Shown here one piece after another: positions 27,686-38,698 of a stretch of DNA of 64,000 bases. Every line of letters begins with the position of its first letter. The first letter of the stretch is position 1. A program made the translations under genes and the position numbers. Source of the stretch: Acidimicrobiia bacterium (GTDB lineage Bacteria; Actinomycetota; Acidimicrobiia; Spongiisociales; ZC4RG35); contig OZ242000.1 of NCBI GenBank assembly GCA_965204615.1, positions 319,020-383,019 of the forward strand, in the 5' to 3' direction. The notes under the pieces were generated by a model, which saw only the letters and a program-made list of their open reading frames with translations, ran no database searches and had not been told where the DNA came from.

Positions 27686-29419
27686 ATGGATGAGATGGCC
27701 GCCCGTCCGGCGCTGGACGGCGCCACGGTGGAGGTGATCCGCCACCATCTCAACTCCACGGCCGAGCAGATGCGCCGCACCCTGGTTCGGACCGCCTTCA
27801 ATCCGGTGATCTATGAGGTGCTGGACTTCGGCATCTCCATGTACGACCGGGACCGGCGGCTGATCTCGGAATCCTCGGGACTGCTTTCCTTCCTGGGCGC
27901 CAACGACTACGCCATCGGAAAGGGTGTGAATAAGGTGGGCATCGAGAACCTCCACGCCGGTGACGTGGTGATTCTCAACTATCCGTACTGGAGCGGCGCC
28001 CATGTCTCCGACGCCATGTTGTTCGCGCCGGTGTTCTGGGAGGGGAGCGACCTGCCGGACGCCTACCTGGCGGTGCGTGCGCACTGGATGGACCTGGGCG
28101 CCAAGGACCCCGGTTACGTTCTGGACTCCACCTCCATGCATCAGGAGGGTCTGATCATGCCGGGTGTCAAGGTGATCAACCGGGGAGTGGTGGACCAGCA
28201 GATGATGGCGATCCTGAGGTACAACTCCCGGATGCCCGACACGATCATCGGGGACTTCAATGCCCAGGTGGCAGCCCTGCGGGTGGGAGAGCGGCGTCTG
28301 CGCCAGATCTGGGAGAAGTTCGGGCCGGCCACGGTGGACAGGGCGGTCGAGGCGATCATCGAGCACGGCGCTCGGACCGCCCGGGAGGCGGTGCGGGCCA
28401 TGCCGGACGGCCAATGGTCGGCGCACGACTGGCTGGACGACGACGGCATCTCTCACGACCTGATCAGGATGGCGGTGACGGTGACCATCGAGGGGGAGAG
28501 GTTCACTGTGGATTACGGAGACTCGGCCGAGGGGGTGCCCGGGCCGGTGAACATGCCCTACGGGAGGACCCTGAGCATGGCGAAGGCGGTGTTCAAGTCG
28601 CTCACCACTCCCAACACTCCCGCCAACCACGGACAGTACCGCCCGCTCACCGTGGTCTGCCCGCCGGGCAACCTGTTCCGAGCCGAGTACCCGGCGGCCA
28701 CCTTCACGCTGTGGACCGGCATGGCGTCCTTCGAGTTGATCCACAAGGCCCTGGCCCGGGGAATGGACGAGATCGCCGCCTGCTCGGCTTCCGACGAGCC
28801 GGGGTTCATGGCGGTGGGGACCCACCCCGACACCGGGGAGATCTACGCGGTGAGCAACAACGAGGGCATCGGATGGGGCGCCACCCCCGATCACGACGGC
28901 GCCAACGCATTGCAGCACCTCGCCATGACCGCGGTCCGCAACACCTCCATGGAGGTCCTGGAGCACAGGTCTCCGATTTTCCATGAGCGCCTGGAGTTGC
29001 GCCGGGACTCGGGCGGGGCCGGCCGATGGCGGGGAGGCCTGGGAATCTGCCGGGAGGTCAGGTTCCTCGCCACGGGCGAGATGCTGTCGATGAAGAAGAA
29101 GACCAAGACCAAGCCCTGGGCGCTCCGGGGTGGCCACGAGCCGGAGACCAACGCCATGATCGTCTGGCCCGGGACCGACCGGGCGCACCGGGCGCGAATG
29201 GAGAGATTCACCATGCAGCCCGGAGACCGGTTCCGCAACCTGTCGGGAGGCGGCGGCGGATGGGGCGATCCCCTGGAGCGGTCCCTCGATTCGGTGCGAG
29301 AGGACGTCCTGGACGAATACGTCTCGCCGGAACAGGCGGAGAGGGTCTACGGCGTGAAGGTACAGCCGGAGGGGACGGCGGTTCCCACCGGGGCGCGCCT
29401 GGACCGCCGGTCGATCTGA
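27686..29419 (+). CDS. hyuB: hydantoinase B/oxoprolinase subunit (HyuB family), copy 2
   Basis: It is a full-length collinear paralog of copy 1. It starts 6 nt after the copy 1 stop. Confidence 0.92.
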   Translation: MDEMAARPALDGATVEVIRHHLNSTAEQMRRTLVRTAFNPVIYEVLDFGISMYDRDRRLISESSGLLSFLGANDYAIGKGVNKVGIENLHAGDVVILNYPYWSGAHVSDAMLFAPVFWEGSDLPDAYLAVRAHWMDLGAKDPGYVLDSTSMHQEGLIMPGVKVINRGVVDQQMMAILRYNSRMPDTIIGDFNAQVAALRVGERRLRQIWEKFGPATVDRAVEAIIEHGARTAREAVRAMPDGQWSAHDWLDDDGISHDLIRMAVTVTIEGERFTVDYGDSAEGVPGPVNMPYGRTLSMAKAVFKSLTTPNTPANHGQYRPLTVVCPPGNLFRAEYPAATFTLWTGMASFELIHKALARGMDEIAACSASDEPGFMAVGTHPDTGEIYAVSNNEGIGWGATPDHDGANALQHLAMTAVRNTSMEVLEHRSPIFHERLELRRDSGGAGRWRGGLGICREVRFLATGEMLSMKKKTKTKPWALRGGHEPETNAMIVWPGTDRAHRARMERFTMQPGDRFRNLSGGGGGWGDPLERSLDSVREDVLDEYVSPEQAERVYGVKVQPEGTAVPTGARLDRRSI

Positions 29420-29436
29420 CCGCCCGCGGGGATGAG

Positions 29437-31161
29437 GTGAGCAGCGCCCCCACCCTGGACGGCGCCACCGTGGAGGTGATCCGTCACTACCTGAACTCCA
29501 CGGCCGAGCAGATGCGCCGCACCCTGGTTCGGACCGCCTTCAATCCGGTGATCTATGAGGTGCTGGACTTCGGCATCTCCATGTACGACCGGGACCGCCG
29601 GCTGATCTCGGAGTCGTCGGGGATACTCTTCTTCCTGGGCGCCAACGACTACGCCATCGGAAAGGGCGTGGAGAAGGTGGGTGTCGAGAACCTCCATCCC
29701 GGCGACGTGGTGATTCTCAACTACCCGTACTGGAGCGGCGCCCATGCCGCCGACGCGATGATGTTCGCGCCGGTCTTCCGCGAGGGAAGCGACCTTCCCG
29801 ACGCCTATCTGGCGGTGCGGGCGCACTGGATGGATCTGGGCGCCAAGGACCCCGGCTATGTGCTGGACTCCACCTCCATGCACCAGGAGGGACTGATCCT
29901 GCCCGGGGTGAAGTTGGTGCGGAGGGGAGAGGTCGACCCGCAGATGATAGAGATACTGAGGTACAACTCCCGGCTGCCCGTCAACATCATGGGGGACTTC
30001 AACGCGCAGATCGCCGCCCTGCGGGTCGGCGAGCGGCGTTTGCACCAGATCTGGGAGAAGTTCGGCCCGGCCACCGTGGACAGGGCGATCGAGGTGATCA
30101 TCGACCACGGCGCCCGGACCGCCCGGGAGGCGGTGCGGGCTATGCCGGACGGGCGGTGGTCGGCGCACGACTGGCTGGACGACGACGGGATCTCTCACGA
30201 CCTGATCAGGATGGCTGTGACGGTTACCGTGGAAGGGGAGAGGTTCACGGTGGACTACGGCGACTCCGACGGCGCGGTCCCCGGTCCGGTGAACATGCCG
30301 CTGGGATGCACTCTGAGCCTCGCCAAGAACGTGTTCAAGTCGCTCACGACTCCCGACACCCCCGCCAATCATGGCCACTATGAACCGCTGGAGGTGATCT
30401 GCCCGCCGGGCAACCTGTTCCATGCCGTCTATCCGGCGGCGACCTACACGCTCTGGACCGGGATGGCGGGGTTCGAGCTGATCAACAAGGCCCTGTCGCA
30501 GGGGGTGGAGGGGATCGCCGCCTGTTCGGGTTCCGACCTGCCGGGATTCATGGCGGTGGGGACCCGTCCCGGGACCGGGGAGATGTTCCTGGTCAGCAAC
30601 AACGAGGGACTGGGCTGGGGGGCCACTCCCCACCACGACGGAGCGCACGCCTTGCAGCACCCCTCCACCACCGCGGTGAGGAACACGTCGGTGGAGGTGA
30701 TGGAGCACAACTCGCCGCTCTTCCACCAGCGGCTGGAACTGCGCCGGGACTCGGGCGGCGCCGGCCGCTGGAGGGGAGGGTTGGGAGTCTCCCGTCAGGT
30801 AAAATTCCTGACCGGAGGTGAAGTGTTGTCGATGAAGAAGAAGACCAAGACGAAGCCATGGGGGCTTCGGGGCGGGCACGAGCCGGAGACCAATGCCATG
30901 ATCGTCTGGCCCGGGACCGACCGGGCCCACCGGGCGCGGATGGAGCGGTTCACCATGGAGCCCGGAGACGAGTTCCGTAACCTGTCGGCGGGCGGGGGAG
31001 GGTGGGGCGATCCCGTGGACCGGCCGATCGGGTTGGTGCGAGAAGACGTGCTGGACGGGTACGTCTCCTCCGGGCAGGCCGAGCGGGTGTACGGCGTGAG
31101 GGTTGATCCGGAGGGAAACGCCACTCCCACCGGGGCGCGCCCGGACCGCAAACCGTCCTGA
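29437..31161 (+). CDS. hyuB: hydantoinase B/oxoprolinase subunit (HyuB family), copy 3
   Basis: Track ORF 29026..31161 was trimmed to the GTG at 29437 ([25 protein letters not shown]...), which aligns with the N-termini of copies 1 and 2. The upstream extension overlaps copy 2. Confidence 0.88.
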   Translation: MSSAPTLDGATVEVIRHYLNSTAEQMRRTLVRTAFNPVIYEVLDFGISMYDRDRRLISESSGILFFLGANDYAIGKGVEKVGVENLHPGDVVILNYPYWSGAHAADAMMFAPVFREGSDLPDAYLAVRAHWMDLGAKDPGYVLDSTSMHQEGLILPGVKLVRRGEVDPQMIEILRYNSRLPVNIMGDFNAQIAALRVGERRLHQIWEKFGPATVDRAIEVIIDHGARTAREAVRAMPDGRWSAHDWLDDDGISHDLIRMAVTVTVEGERFTVDYGDSDGAVPGPVNMPLGCTLSLAKNVFKSLTTPDTPANHGHYEPLEVICPPGNLFHAVYPAATYTLWTGMAGFELINKALSQGVEGIAACSGSDLPGFMAVGTRPGTGEMFLVSNNEGLGWGATPHHDGAHALQHPSTTAVRNTSVEVMEHNSPLFHQRLELRRDSGGAGRWRGGLGVSRQVKFLTGGEVLSMKKKTKTKPWGLRGGHEPETNAMIVWPGTDRAHRARMERFTMEPGDEFRNLSAGGGGWGDPVDRPIGLVREDVLDGYVSSGQAERVYGVRVDPEGNATPTGARPDRKPS

Positions 31162-31174
31162 CCGCGGCGATGCG

Positions 31175-34015
31175 ATGACTGCCGATTCCATCCTGATCAG
31201 CGGCGCCAGGGAGCACAACCTCAAGGACGTGACCGTTGAGCTTCCCCGCAACGCGTTCATCGTCCTGACCGGCCTGTCGGGGTCGGGCAAGTCGAGCCTG
31301 GCCTTCGACACCATCTACGCCGAGGGGCAGAGGCGCTACGTGGAGTCCCTGTCGGCCTACGCCCGCCAGTTCCTGGGGCAGATGGACAAACCGGACGTGG
31401 ACTTCATCGAGGGACTCTCGCCGGCCATCTCCATCGACCAGAAGACCGCCAGCCGCAACCCCCGGTCGACGGTGGGGACCGTGACCGAGGTCCACGACTA
31501 CCTCCGGCTCCTGTATGCCCGGATCGGGATTCCCCACTGCCCGAACGACGGCGAGGTGGTGAAGCGACAGACCCCCCAACAGATCGTGGATCGCATCATG
31601 GAGTTGGACGACGGCGCCCGGTTCATGGTGCTGGCTCCGGTGGTGGAGGGACGAAAGGGCGAGTACCAGGCGCTCTTCAAGGACCTGGTGCGCCAGGGTT
31701 ACAGCCGGGCGCGCGTCGACGGCGAGGTTCTTCCCCTGGACGAGGACATCCGGCTGGACCGCTATTACCAGCACACCATCGAGGTGGTCGTGGACCGGCT
31801 GGTCAACCGGGTCGGGATGCAGGAGCGACTCACCCAGTCGATCGAGACCGCCCTGGGACTCGCCGAGGGAAAGGCGATGGTGGACGTCATCGACGGTCCC
31901 ACCCTGAGCTTCAGCCAGCATCTGGCCTGCGACGTGTGCGGGTTGTCCTTTTCCGAACTCGCCCCCCGCAACTTCTCCTTCAACAGTCCCTACGGCGCCT
32001 GCCCGACCTGCGCGGGGATAGGCGCCCGCTACCAGGTGGCAGACGACCTGGTGGTGCCCAACGACCGGCTGAGCGTCAGCGAGGGGGCGATCGCTCCATG
32101 GTCCTACCAGTACAGCGGCTATTACACCCGGTTGCTGGACGCGCTCTCCGAAGACATCGGGTTCAGCCTGCAGACCCCGTGGAGGGACCTGCCGGAGACG
32201 GTGCGAAAGGAGATCCTCCACGGGAACTTCCGTCGAAAGCTCCGGGTGAGCTATCGCAACCGCCGGGGGCGCCGCCGGGTCTGGAGCACTCGCTACGAGG
32301 GGGTGATCCCCCACCTGGAGCGGCGCCACCAGAACACCGGGTCCGACTCCGCCCGGGACTCCTACCGCCAGTACATGCGCCAGGTCCCCTGTGACGAATG
32401 CGGGGGCGCCCGGCTGGGCGAGATCTCCCGCGCGGTGACGGTGGGGGGAGTGAACATCCACTATCTCTCCGAACTCTCCCTGGGCGGGGTGTTGGACTTC
32501 ATCGATGGCATCGAGCTCACCGACCGGGAGGCGACCATCGCCGAGCGGGTGCTGAAGGAGATCCGTTCCCGGATCTCCTTCCTCCTGGACGTGGGACTCG
32601 GTTATCTCACCCTGGGCAGGTCGGCGGCCACCCTGGCGGGAGGCGAGGCGCAGCGGATTCGCCTGGCCACCCAGATCGGCTCCGGCCTGGTGGGCGTGCT
32701 GTACATACTCGACGAGCCGTCGATCGGCCTCCACCAACGCGACAACCAGCGGCTGATCGAGACCCTGACCCGTCTCCGGGACCTGGGGAACACATTGGTG
32801 GTGGTGGAACACGACGAGGAGACGATCCGCTCCGCCGACCATGTGGTGGACATCGGCCCGGGGGCCGGGGAGCACGGGGGGAGGATCGTGGCGCAGGGTC
32901 CGGTGGAGGCGGTCTGTGAGGAGCGGTCCTCCATCACCGGCGACTACCTGTCGGGCCGCCGGCTGATCCCGGTCCCATCCGTCCGCAGGGAGGGCAGCGA
33001 CAAGAGCGTCCGGATCGTGGGCGCCGCCGAGCACAACCTGGACCGGATCGATGTGGATTTCCCGCTCGGCAAGCTGATCTGCGTGACCGGTGTCTCGGGG
33101 AGCGGCAAGTCCACCCTGGTCGAGGAGATCCTCTACAAGGCGCTGCTGCGCACCATCTACCGGTCCCGGGTCCTTCCCGGCCGGCACCGGGACATCGAGG
33201 GGATCGAGCACATCGACAAGGTGATCAACATCGACCAGTCTCCCATCGGACGCACCCCCCGCTCCAACCCCGCCACCTACACCAAGGTCTTCGATCACAT
33301 CCGGGCTCTCTACACCAAGGTCCCCGAGTCCCAGGCGCGCGGGTACAAGCCGGGCAGGTTCTCCTTCAACGTGGTGGGAGGGCGCTGCGAGGAGTGCCGG
33401 GGGGACGGGACCATAAAGATCGAGATGCACTTCCTTCCCGACGTGTACGTTCCCTGCGAGCAGTGCCGGGGCAGGAGGTACAACCGCGAGACTCTCCAGA
33501 TCCTCTGGAAGGGACGGAGCGTCGCCGACGTGCTGGAGATGTCGGTCTCCCAGGCGCTGGAGCTGTTCATCCACCATCCTCCCATCGCCCTCACCCTGCA
33601 GACCCTGAGCGACGTGGGGCTGGGGTACATTCGCCTCGGGCAGGCGGCCACCACCCTCTCGGGAGGGGAGGCGCAGCGGGTGAAACTTGCCTCGGAACTG
33701 CGCAAGCGGTCCACGGGACGGACCATGTACATCCTGGACGAGCCCACCACCGGACTGCACTTCGAGGATGTCCGCCGCCTGCTGGGGGTCCTGCACCGCC
33801 TGGTGGACGGGGGGAACACGGTGGTGGTGATAGAGCACAACCTGGACGTCATCAAGTCGGCCGACCATCTGATCGACCTCGGTCCGGAGGGCGGGAGCGA
33901 GGGAGGGCGGGTGGTGGCCACCGGCACTCCCGAAGAGGTGGCGGCCAACCCGGCCAGCTACACCGGCTACTACCTCGACGGGATACTGGCCTCATCCGGC
34001 GCACTGGTCGGCTAG
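31175..34015 (+). CDS. uvrA: excinuclease ABC subunit A
   Basis: Trimmed to the ATG at 31175 ([66 protein letters not shown]). Two ABC modules and zinc-finger Cys clusters are present, and the length is 946 aa. Confidence 0.95.
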   Translation: MTADSILISGAREHNLKDVTVELPRNAFIVLTGLSGSGKSSLAFDTIYAEGQRRYVESLSAYARQFLGQMDKPDVDFIEGLSPAISIDQKTASRNPRSTVGTVTEVHDYLRLLYARIGIPHCPNDGEVVKRQTPQQIVDRIMELDDGARFMVLAPVVEGRKGEYQALFKDLVRQGYSRARVDGEVLPLDEDIRLDRYYQHTIEVVVDRLVNRVGMQERLTQSIETALGLAEGKAMVDVIDGPTLSFSQHLACDVCGLSFSELAPRNFSFNSPYGACPTCAGIGARYQVADDLVVPNDRLSVSEGAIAPWSYQYSGYYTRLLDALSEDIGFSLQTPWRDLPETVRKEILHGNFRRKLRVSYRNRRGRRRVWSTRYEGVIPHLERRHQNTGSDSARDSYRQYMRQVPCDECGGARLGEISRAVTVGGVNIHYLSELSLGGVLDFIDGIELTDREATIAERVLKEIRSRISFLLDVGLGYLTLGRSAATLAGGEAQRIRLATQIGSGLVGVLYILDEPSIGLHQRDNQRLIETLTRLRDLGNTLVVVEHDEETIRSADHVVDIGPGAGEHGGRIVAQGPVEAVCEERSSITGDYLSGRRLIPVPSVRREGSDKSVRIVGAAEHNLDRIDVDFPLGKLICVTGVSGSGKSTLVEEILYKALLRTIYRSRVLPGRHRDIEGIEHIDKVINIDQSPIGRTPRSNPATYTKVFDHIRALYTKVPESQARGYKPGRFSFNVVGGRCEECRGDGTIKIEMHFLPDVYVPCEQCRGRRYNRETLQILWKGRSVADVLEMSVSQALELFIHHPPIALTLQTLSDVGLGYIRLGQAATTLSGGEAQRVKLASELRKRSTGRTMYILDEPTTGLHFEDVRRLLGVLHRLVDGGNTVVVIEHNLDVIKSADHLIDLGPEGGSEGGRVVATGTPEEVAANPASYTGYYLDGILASSGALVG

Positions 34016-34191
34016 CCGGGGTTCCGGGGATGGGCCGCTCCACAGTCGTTTGGTGACTGGTTCCGCCTCCCGGTCGCATCCGGCGGCGTGAACCACCCTC
34101 TCATCTGCCCGGCCGATTGTCGGGGGCTGCCGGCCGCCTTGACTGAGTCACCCATTACAGTGGGGGAGAGGCGCGGTCCTTTCGGCTGCGG

Positions 34192-36246
34192 TTGGAGCGA
34201 CCTTTTCTTGGTCTTACGAGTTTGAAGATTGCTGTGCTTGAGGCTGACACCCTGCGACGGAGATTCACTCGCGGCGTGGCCGGTGTGCTGGGAGCCATGG
34301 TCATTGCCGGCGGGTCGATGGGGTTGGGCGGGGTCGGTCCCGTTTCAGGGACGGTGCCGGGGTCGTCGTCGGATGTCGGAGGGGTCTGGGAGGCGGAGAA
34401 GGGGTATTCGGACACCGCGGATGCGGGTGTGCACCGCCCGAATGTGGAGACCCTTCGGGAGAGGGGCATTCTGGAGGGAACGGAGTGTGGCCCGGGAGAG
34501 TTCTGTCCGGGTGATCCCATCCGGCGTTGGGTGATGGCCGTGTGGCTGGTGCGGGCCGTGGACGATGCCGAACCTGATCCGGCAGGGTCGTCGAGGTTCT
34601 CGGATGTGGATGCGGGGAAGTGGTGGTTGCCCTATGTGGAGCGTCTGGCCGATCTCGGGATAACCCGGGGCTGTGCGGTCGAGCCGGCTCGCTTTTGCCC
34701 CTCCGATCCGGTCACCCGCCAGCAGATGGCCTCCTTTCTGGTCAGGGCCTTCCGGTTGGAGCCGGCGCGGGGAAACAGGTTCGTCGACGTGTTGGATGAG
34801 AGCGCCCATCTGGCCGACATCAGCGCCTTGGCGGCGTCGGGGATCACCGCCGGATGTGCCACGGAACCGGCCCGCTTCTGTCCTGACAGCCATACGACCC
34901 GGGCGCAGATGGCCACCTTCCTGGCCCGGGCGCTCGGGATCGCCGCCATTCAGCAAACGATCACGCCCGCCGCGGTTGAATTGTCGGCGCTGGGCGAGAC
35001 GGTGGCACTCAAAGCCGAGTTGCGCAACCGGAGCGGCAGGGTGGTGGCGGGCGCGGAGTTCTCATGGGAGTCCAGCGACGACACGGTGGCCACGGTGAAC
35101 GCCGCAGGAGTGGTTACGGCGGTGGGCAACGGCACCGCCACGATCACCGCGGACGGAGGGTCGGCGTCGACTACGGCGACGGTGGCGGTGGCACAGAGGA
35201 TTGCGGCGGTGGCGGTGGAGCCTGCCACCCTGAGGTCCGCCAGGGCGGGCACGCAGGGCGCGGACACGATCATGGCCACAGCATTGGACGGCCGAGGGTC
35301 ACCGGTCGTCAACGCAAGGTACCGATGGTCGACCGACCGGCACTCGGGCTGGGTCTACCCTCCTCAGGGCACCACGGACGCCCGGGGGCGCTTGCAGGCG
35401 TCCTGGGTGGCGGGCTGGCCGGGGGAGGGCGCCCTGTCGGTCACCGTCGAGAACCGGTTCTCTAGGGTGACCGAGGAGTTGACGACGCTGTCCACGACCC
35501 ACGGCAACCCTCCGGCGGCACATGCCTACATGTGGATCAAGAACCGGACCGCCGGTGCGGGCTATTCGATCGACATGACCCCACTGACCGACCCGGCGGG
35601 CACCTATTACGCGGCGATCCATTGGGACGGCGGTTACACGGGCCTGCAGAGCGGCGGGGACCGTTTCGACCGACAGCTTCAGTTCTCGGTTTGGAACGCC
35701 CCCGGGTACGGCGACGCCGAGCTCATCGACAACGCAGGCGATGTCCTGTGCACCCCATTCGGAGGCGAAGGAACCGGAATCAATTGCGAACTGCACTATC
35801 CGTGGAACGTGGGATCGACCTATCGCTTCGAGGTCACCGAGGAGGAGATGAACGGGGGTAGCGCGATAACCCTGCACGTGACCGACCTAGCGTCGGGACA
35901 CAGGCGCCTGGTGGGAACCATACGCTTCGCCAGGCGCGCGAACTTCACCTCCTTTGGGATGTTCGTCGAGGACTTCACGGTCAAGGCGCCGCACTGTCTC
36001 GCCCGGCAGGTCCGCAGCGCGGCGATCCGCCGCCCGAGAGCCTGGATCGACGGCGAGTGGGTGGTGCTCTCCGAGATGTCGCAGGGGTCTCTGGGCATAA
36101 GACCCGACGACCCGTGGAACCCCGGAACGCCGGGCTGTGCCAATTACGCCGTGCGCCAACATGAGGCAGGGCTGGAAATAGTGATCGGAGGGGACACCGC
36201 CAGCGACCCCGACGGGCCGCGTTCATTCACCATCCCCCTGGACTGA
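34192..36246 (+). CDS. secreted SLH-domain protein with a Big_2-like Ig domain and a DUF3472-like C-terminal domain
   Basis: Three SLH-like units are present, for example FSDVDAGKWWLPYVERLADLGITRGCAVEPARFCPSDPVTRQQMASFLVRAF. A Big_2-like segment reads SWESSDDTVATVNAAGVVTAVGNGTATITA. The C-terminus reads YYAAIHWDGGYTGLQSGG...QFSVWNAPG. The N-terminus has an RRRF Tat-like motif. The exact start is uncertain. Confidence 0.8.
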   Translation: MERPFLGLTSLKIAVLEADTLRRRFTRGVAGVLGAMVIAGGSMGLGGVGPVSGTVPGSSSDVGGVWEAEKGYSDTADAGVHRPNVETLRERGILEGTECGPGEFCPGDPIRRWVMAVWLVRAVDDAEPDPAGSSRFSDVDAGKWWLPYVERLADLGITRGCAVEPARFCPSDPVTRQQMASFLVRAFRLEPARGNRFVDVLDESAHLADISALAASGITAGCATEPARFCPDSHTTRAQMATFLARALGIAAIQQTITPAAVELSALGETVALKAELRNRSGRVVAGAEFSWESSDDTVATVNAAGVVTAVGNGTATITADGGSASTTATVAVAQRIAAVAVEPATLRSARAGTQGADTIMATALDGRGSPVVNARYRWSTDRHSGWVYPPQGTTDARGRLQASWVAGWPGEGALSVTVENRFSRVTEELTTLSTTHGNPPAAHAYMWIKNRTAGAGYSIDMTPLTDPAGTYYAAIHWDGGYTGLQSGGDRFDRQLQFSVWNAPGYGDAELIDNAGDVLCTPFGGEGTGINCELHYPWNVGSTYRFEVTEEEMNGGSAITLHVTDLASGHRRLVGTIRFARRANFTSFGMFVEDFTVKAPHCLARQVRSAAIRRPRAWIDGEWVVLSEMSQGSLGIRPDDPWNPGTPGCANYAVRQHEAGLEIVIGGDTASDPDGPRSFTIPLD

Positions 36247-36547
36247 TGGGCCAAGCAGCAATCCGATAGACCGCAGCAAGTTCCGTAAGCAAGCTGCCCC
36301 ACGCAGGGAATCTGGACTGCCTTTTCGTGAGGGAAGCGCCGGGGACCTTCTGTACAACAAGAGTTCGTGGATGCTCAGCACCCGGGCCTGCATGTTCCTT
36401 GGTTCTGGCAGAACCGGGTTGGAGCACATACACGGTTGACACTCACCCGTGATGTATGCGGGAGGCCGATCTTTGAAGAGAACCAACCCGGTCGGGAGAT
36501 GTACAGAGACAGCGAGTATCCCTGAATCCCCCCGGCATTCTGGGAGG

Positions 36548-36694
36548 CTACTGCTGGTGCGCCTCGGCGTGCCACTTGTCGAACAGCTCCCGAATGATCT
36601 CGTACACCCGGGCCGGCGGGGGAGCGTCGGCGTGCCACTTGTCGAACAGCTGATGCAGTCGCTGTTCCTCTTCTGTTTCCGGCTGTTCACCCAT
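36548..36694 (-). CDS. candidate 48-aa small protein with an internal repeat (below the ORF-track size cut-off)
   Basis: Own translation: MGEQPETEEEQRLHQLFDKWHADAPPPARVYEIIRELFDKWHAEAHQQ*. An AAGGA lies about 8 nt upstream. The third-codon position is strongly G/C in this frame. No family was recognised. Confidence 0.35.
   Translation of the reverse strand: MGEQPETEEEQRLHQLFDKWHADAPPPARVYEIIRELFDKWHAEAHQQ
36565..36651. repeat. perfect 24-bp direct repeat, two copies (36565..36588 and 36628..36651)
   Basis: The sequence cggcgtgccacttgtcgaacagct occurs twice with a 63-bp period. That period is in frame, so it encodes the duplicated LFDKWHA segment on the minus strand. Confidence 0.9.
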
Positions 36695-37080
36695 TGCGGC
36701 GTCCTTTCGGTAAGAGGGTGTCTGAGGGGGATCCGCCCTTGACGAAGTGCGGAGGCCAAGAGGGCGAGCCCCTCAGGAGGGGTAGCCCGAGTCGGAAAGG
36801 CCATTTGGATCTGGACCATCCTAAAATGGCGTTTCCCATGCCGGCCATTTTACCGAGGCGCCCGGGAGGGAGGCCCAAAATCGGGGGTGCCTGTCTGCGG
36901 CGTTCTCTCAAATAACATCGGTGACCGCGTAGCTACTGGGGATATCACCCTTGGCGTGTCCCTGTACGTCATGGTGGGTACCATGACCCCTATTGCGTGT
37001 TGGACCTGGCCGGGGGAGTGGCAAGGAGCGGAGTGGCTCGGCCGTTGGGACCATGGTGACAAACCGGTGAGAAGGGAACT

Positions 37081-37896
37081 ATGAGGATGGTAAGGATTGT
37101 CTGCTGGAACATTGCAAAGAGACAGGCCGCTTGGCGGTTCCTGCTCGGCTCCGACGCGGACATTGCCCTTTTACAGGAGACGAGTTTGCCGCCTGACGAT
37201 GTGGCCGGGCGGGTCGAGGTGGATCCGGCGCCGTTTCATGACGCTGATGGGTACAGGTTCTCGCGGGCGGCCATCGTCAGGCTCTCCGATCGGGTACGGG
37301 TGGAGTGGTTGGAGCCTGTGCCGATTACCCAGGCCAAGGGGGGTGATTTCGTTGAGAGTCAGCCAGGCTCCATCGCGGCCGCCATCATTTCCGCACCGGG
37401 CATCAGACCCTTTGTGGCCGCTTCGATCTGTGCGGCATATGACAAGGTGCATCGATCCATGGGCAAGGCCAACATAGTCGACGCCTCAGTGCATCGGATC
37501 ATCTCTGACCTGTCGCTGCTGATCGGGCACCAGAACAGACACCGCATCGTGGCGGCAGGTGATCTCACCATCTGGCATGGCTTCGCAAGCAACGACTATT
37601 GGAAACGGCGCAACGACACTGTCTTTGATCGCATGGACGCCATCGGGCTTCCTCTGGTCGGGCCACAGCATCCTCACGGGCGGCAGGCCGATCCTTGGCC
37701 GACCTGGCTGCCTGGGGATAGCCTCAATGTTCCCACCTACTACAACATAGGCTCATCTCCCGCCTCAGCGACGAACCAGCTTGATTACGTGTTCGCCTCA
37801 AAGAGCATGACGGAGTCCGTAGAAGTGCGAGCGCTGAACAGTGTCGAGGAGTGGGGACCTAGCGACCACTGCAGAATAGAAATCGTGGTTACCTGA
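37081..37896 (+). CDS. endonuclease/exonuclease/phosphatase (EEP) family protein
   Basis: The N-terminal RIVCWNIAKR...DIALLQE, the mid-protein AAGDLT, and the C-terminal QLDYVF...WGPSDHCRIE follow the EEP catalytic motif order. GC is lower than in the flanking genes. Confidence 0.8.
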   Translation: MRMVRIVCWNIAKRQAAWRFLLGSDADIALLQETSLPPDDVAGRVEVDPAPFHDADGYRFSRAAIVRLSDRVRVEWLEPVPITQAKGGDFVESQPGSIAAAIISAPGIRPFVAASICAAYDKVHRSMGKANIVDASVHRIISDLSLLIGHQNRHRIVAAGDLTIWHGFASNDYWKRRNDTVFDRMDAIGLPLVGPQHPHGRQADPWPTWLPGDSLNVPTYYNIGSSPASATNQLDYVFASKSMTESVEVRALNSVEEWGPSDHCRIEIVVT

Positions 37897-38146
37897 GCGG
37901 CGGCCGAGGACCGCAGTATTCGCGACTCGTCCGATGGCCCAATGACAGAAGTGAGAATTCATGGGTAGACAGCCTTCTCAGCCGCGCCATCCACATTGTC
38001 TCACAATGTGACGGGGTTGCGAATTCACGCTTTGCCCCCTCCATCTTGGAATGTGCAGCGTGAACCAATCCGGGTTGATGGCACGGGGGAGGTGCGTCCG
38101 CGTCGGGTAGCTCCTTAACCCACCCGTCTCGGTATTCTGCCAGCCC

Positions 38147-38698
38147 ATGGATGCGCCCTACTTTCTCTACACGGACGGCGCTGCTCGAAGGGGTAGTCCC
38201 GGCCCCGCAGGAATAGGAGCCGTGCTCTACAGGGGTGATCCTGGTGACAACCAGCATGTGGACACTCTGGCGCGGAGCATCGGCCGGGCCACCAACAACG
38301 AAGCTGAGTATCGAGCAGTCATAGAGGGCCTGAGGATGGCAAGACACCACGAGCCCCGCCGTTTGGTGTTGCGCTCCGACTCGAGCTTGGTGATCAACCA
38401 ACTGTCCGGGAAAGCCCGGGTGAGAGCACAAAACCTCAAAGCACTCCACAGGGACGCAAAGGACCTGATCGGGAGCTTTCCCGAACAACCAGAGTTGGAG
38501 GACATACCGAGATCCTGCAATCGCGTTGCGGACCGGCTAGCCAATCTGGCGCTGGACCTTTTCCTGCCGCCGCCTGGTTTTGCTGTGGCAGAGGCGACCT
38601 TGGGCGATCTCAAGATCTGTGCTCACCCTGATGAGCGAACACCAGCCGAACCTCGGGTTCCCGGACCTCCGGCGCATACCTGCCAGGTCTTCCCATAA
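38147..38698 (+). CDS. RNase H (RVT_3 / RNase HI-like) family protein with a roughly 50-aa C-terminal tail
   Basis: Motifs are LYTDGAARRGSPGPAGIGAVL, TNNEAEYRAVIEGLRMA, LRSDSSLVINQL and NRVADRLANLA, which follow a D-E-D-D pattern. There is no fused phosphatase domain. Confidence 0.8.
   Translation: MDAPYFLYTDGAARRGSPGPAGIGAVLYRGDPGDNQHVDTLARSIGRATNNEAEYRAVIEGLRMARHHEPRRLVLRSDSSLVINQLSGKARVRAQNLKALHRDAKDLIGSFPEQPELEDIPRSCNRVADRLANLALDLFLPPPGFAVAEATLGDLKICAHPDERTPAEPRVPGPPAHTCQVFP

Noticed and set aside
36223-36819. 198-aa - strand ORF covering the ORF-poor part of the islet.
   Set aside because: It overlaps the 3' end of the SLH gene and has Ser/Pro/Arg/Cys-rich composition. The alternative frame containing the 48-aa repeat ORF shows the better codon bias.
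36887-37084. 65-aa Trp-rich + strand ORF overlapping the EEP start as ATGA.
   Set aside because: Its composition (six Trp, several Cys) is implausible. It has a GTG start with no RBS, so it is probably a chance ORF in the EEP leader.
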